Shown here in pieces: positions 49,106 through 51,377 of a stretch of 51,377 nucleotides of DNA (position 1 is its first letter; each line of letters opens with the position of its first letter). The DNA is from Promethearchaeota archaeon (GTDB lineage: Archaea; Asgardarchaeota; Lokiarchaeia; Sigyniarchaeales; SOKP01). Where the stretch lies: assembly GCA_030603385.1 (NCBI GenBank), contig JAUVXW010000034.1, forward strand, positions 1-51,377, written 5' to 3'. The translations under genes were made by a program, and so were the position numbers. The notes beneath the pieces are model-generated. The model was not told the origin of the DNA. It saw nothing but the letters and a program-made list of their open reading frames with translations, and searched no databases.

Positions 49106-50769
49106 AATTAAAACCATTAAAGAAAAAAAGTTTAAAATTGGTGTTGATAGAAAGTGAATTTCCAATAGATTGGTGGTTTGAGACATCAGCACAGAAAAAG
49201 CACGATTTAGTTTGGAATTTAAATCTAGTTTCGAGGGAGTATCTTAATCTAATTGAAGAACTTATGGAAAAATATAACCCAAACTTCGCTGTAGAAGAGA
49301 AGGGGAGTCGTTGGGAGGATACGATATCTCATGAAGATCCTATAGAGACATTATTTAGAGAACATGGGATTCCCTATAAAATGGTTGATATTTCAGAAAA
49401 CGCAGAGTATTATCTTTCTTCAAATTTGGAAGATCTAAGAAATTTTATAAAGCAGTTAACAAAATCGATTAAAAATACTCAGAAGAATGAAGGCCATAAG
49501 GATGATTATTTGTTTCTACGACAATTATTATGGAAGGAATATTTACAAAAAGAATATGATACGCAAGAAGATGAAATAAGATATAAGGTTCGAGAAGCTT
49601 GGATGATGATGGGAATTCTTAAATTGGCGAAAAAATTGGAAGATAAAAAGCTAAATGCATTTTTTATCTGTGACTCTAAACATTTCAAAGGCATTACTCA
49701 ATTAACAGAAGAATTGGGTATAGAAACTGAAGAAATAAAAATTAAACGATTAGTTAAAGTTATAAATAATCCTGGCTCTGAATCGATTAAAAATATAATT
49801 AAAAAATCTATACTTGAATTATCTCCAATTAAAGTGAAAAAGAAGGAGTCATTAGAAAAGATATGTTATTTCTTTGACACAGACGACAACGCTTCTCCTT
49901 TCGATATAAATATGGCTTATGATGCGGGATTTGATGTTGTTATCCCTATTAGTAAAATGACCGCTGATCAAGTCCCAAAACTTGTCCAAGATGCTATTTT
50001 TTCCAGAAAACCAAAAGCTCCTACCACGTTCTTTATTGGTGGATCCAATGTTAAAGAGGGCGAAAAAATAGCTAAAAAAGTAATGGAATCGTTGGTACCT
50101 CCTTTTGAATGCCCGGTAATAATTGATCCTCGTGGTTCGCATACTACTGCTTCTTCAATAGTCGCTAAAACTATTGAAATTGCTAAGAAAAATGATTTGT
50201 ATGATTTGAAAGGGAAAAAAGTAGTTATCTTTGGAGCAGGGCCTGTTGGAAGAATTGCAGCAATACTAGCAGCAAAATTAAAATGTAAAACTTATTTGGT
50301 TGAAACTTGGGAAAAATCAAGTGAGAATTTCATTAAAAACCTAGCAAAAGAATTAATGGAAGAAGTTGGAGTAAAAGATACTGAAATTATTGGAGTTTTT
50401 GCACCAAATGATGAAAAGAAATTAGAAATAGTAAAAGATGCAGATATAATTTGGACTCTAGCTGCTGCCGGTGTAAAAATTTTATCAAAAGAATTACTAT
50501 TTAAACTCCAAAACAAAATTATAATCGATATTAATCTAGTCCCTCCTTATGGAGTTGAGGGTTTAAAGCCAAAAGATGATTATAAAGAAATATACCCAAG
50601 TATATTCGGAATTGGAGCATTGGCTTTAGGGCGTTTAAAATCTAAAATTGAAGCAGATATCCTTAAAGAGGCATCGAATACTAAAGGAAAAAAAGTCTTT
50701 GATTATAATTATGCATTTGCACAAGCAAAGAAGATCTTGTTCGGAAATAGTATAAAAATCTCTACTTAA
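49093..50769 (+). CDS. NAD(P)-dependent methylene-H4MPT dehydrogenase (MtdA/MtdB family) with an extra N-terminal domain of about 250 aa
   Basis: SPFDINMAYDAG, QDAIFSR, FIGG, DPRGSHTTA, GAGPVG, DINLVPPYGVEG, GALALG. Confidence 0.88.
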   Translation: MEVLELKPLKKKSLKLVLIESEFPIDWWFETSAQKKHDLVWNLNLVSREYLNLIEELMEKYNPNFAVEEKGSRWEDTISHEDPIETLFREHGIPYKMVDISENAEYYLSSNLEDLRNFIKQLTKSIKNTQKNEGHKDDYLFLRQLLWKEYLQKEYDTQEDEIRYKVREAWMMMGILKLAKKLEDKKLNAFFICDSKHFKGITQLTEELGIETEEIKIKRLVKVINNPGSESIKNIIKKSILELSPIKVKKKESLEKICYFFDTDDNASPFDINMAYDAGFDVVIPISKMTADQVPKLVQDAIFSRKPKAPTTFFIGGSNVKEGEKIAKKVMESLVPPFECPVIIDPRGSHTTASSIVAKTIEIAKKNDLYDLKGKKVVIFGAGPVGRIAAILAAKLKCKTYLVETWEKSSENFIKNLAKELMEEVGVKDTEIIGVFAPNDEKKLEIVKDADIIWTLAAAGVKILSKELLFKLQNKIIIDINLVPPYGVEGLKPKDDYKEIYPSIFGIGALALGRLKSKIEADILKEASNTKGKKVFDYNYAFAQAKKILFGNSIKIST

Positions 50770-50830
50770 TTTTTTTTTTAATTATAAAATCTATTTAAAT
50801 AAAGAATAAAATAAGTGAGAAGTGATTTTT

Positions 50831-51150
50831 GTGTATAAAAGCATTTTAGATGAAAATAAAAGAAAAAAATCCGCAATTGAAAGATTATCTGAAATAAAAT
50901 CTGATAATAAAAAGGATTATAAAATATCTGTTGAAAATTGGCAATATAGAAAGAAAATAGATAAGTTGATAAAAAACCTCGAAAGTAAAACTTTCTGAAA
51001 TACGAAAAATGTAAGATTACTGATAATATATATCGCATTTCTAATATGTTTTTAATTTTTTTTAATTTATTCTTTTATTATATTAAAAATACAATTAGAG
51101 GTGTTAGTGCTGTTGGAATAGTAATAACAAGTAATTAGTAATAATAACAG
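50831..51150 (+). pseudogene. Possible decayed membrane-protein gene
   Basis: GTG-initiated 55-codon protein-like frame that continues through TGA and TAA stops into hydrophobic stretches. Confidence 0.3.
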
Positions 51151-51377
51151 TATTAACTTTTTTTCTTCTAAAAATTTGAGATTGCTATAATTGGAGAAAA
51201 TCGACGAAAAGTAAAAAAAAATAAAATAGAAAATAAGGCATTAATACCTTTTAGGTGATAACAAATTTTTTTTTCATTTACTTATTTTGTAAAAATTTAG
51301 TTTGATATCACTTAAATCGTTGTATCTATTATTTTTTAGATTAACAAACTACCAATCTTTGCGTTGTATGAGGGCTC

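Noticed and set aside
50996-50998. In-frame TGA as a possible third Sec site
   Set aside because: Followed by further TAA/TAG stops, with no Cys-like context and no SECIS-like hairpin; more likely decay or a true stop
50778-51038. 86-aa minus-strand ORF
   Set aside because: Low-complexity F/Y/I-rich translation of AT-rich DNA; likely spurious
1-51377. Genome-wide UGA reassignment (genetic code 4 or 25)
   Set aside because: TGA ends ordinary genes (e.g. at 7261 and 41006), and the long ORFs translate intact in code 11 with TGG for Trp
1-51377. CRISPR arrays, tRNA/rRNA genes, transposases or integrases
   Set aside because: No regularly spaced repeats, cloverleaf-like GC-rich segments or recombinase motifs were seen by eye

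Overview
AT-rich archaeal window, most likely from an Asgard archaeon (Lokiarchaeia-like). This assignment rests on a Loki-CTERM-type tail, a longin/roadblock-like protein, H4MPT/methanofuran C1 genes and eukaryote-like AUGA/GA SECIS hairpins. The left half holds catabolic hydrolases, a divergent fwdG/B/D/A-like set, a corrinoid methyltransferase pair and a large surface lipase-like protein. The right half holds a membrane-linked FAD/CCG dehydrogenase operon, feoAB and a large Hdr/Mvh/FrhB/Mtd redox cluster. Three things stand out. (1) hdrA at 45961-47991 is one gene with two in-frame UGA codons at conserved Cys positions, followed by a 3' SECIS-like hairpin. (2) A covarying second copy of that hairpin (5918-5986) follows an unannotated 76-aa membrane ORF (5680-5910) with an in-frame UGA in a GGSS-U-A-C motif, a candidate new small membrane selenoprotein. 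(3) A winged-helix DNA-binding domain is fused to HdrA-MvhD and co-encoded with a [NiFe]-hydrogenase lacking the C-terminal maturation peptide, while a TGAYAA-N6-TTRTCA-like palindrome recurs in the cluster's promoter regions. This suggests a possible H2/redox-sensing transcription regulator built from a hydrogenase-Hdr module. All family calls come from motif recognition by eye; no searches were run.
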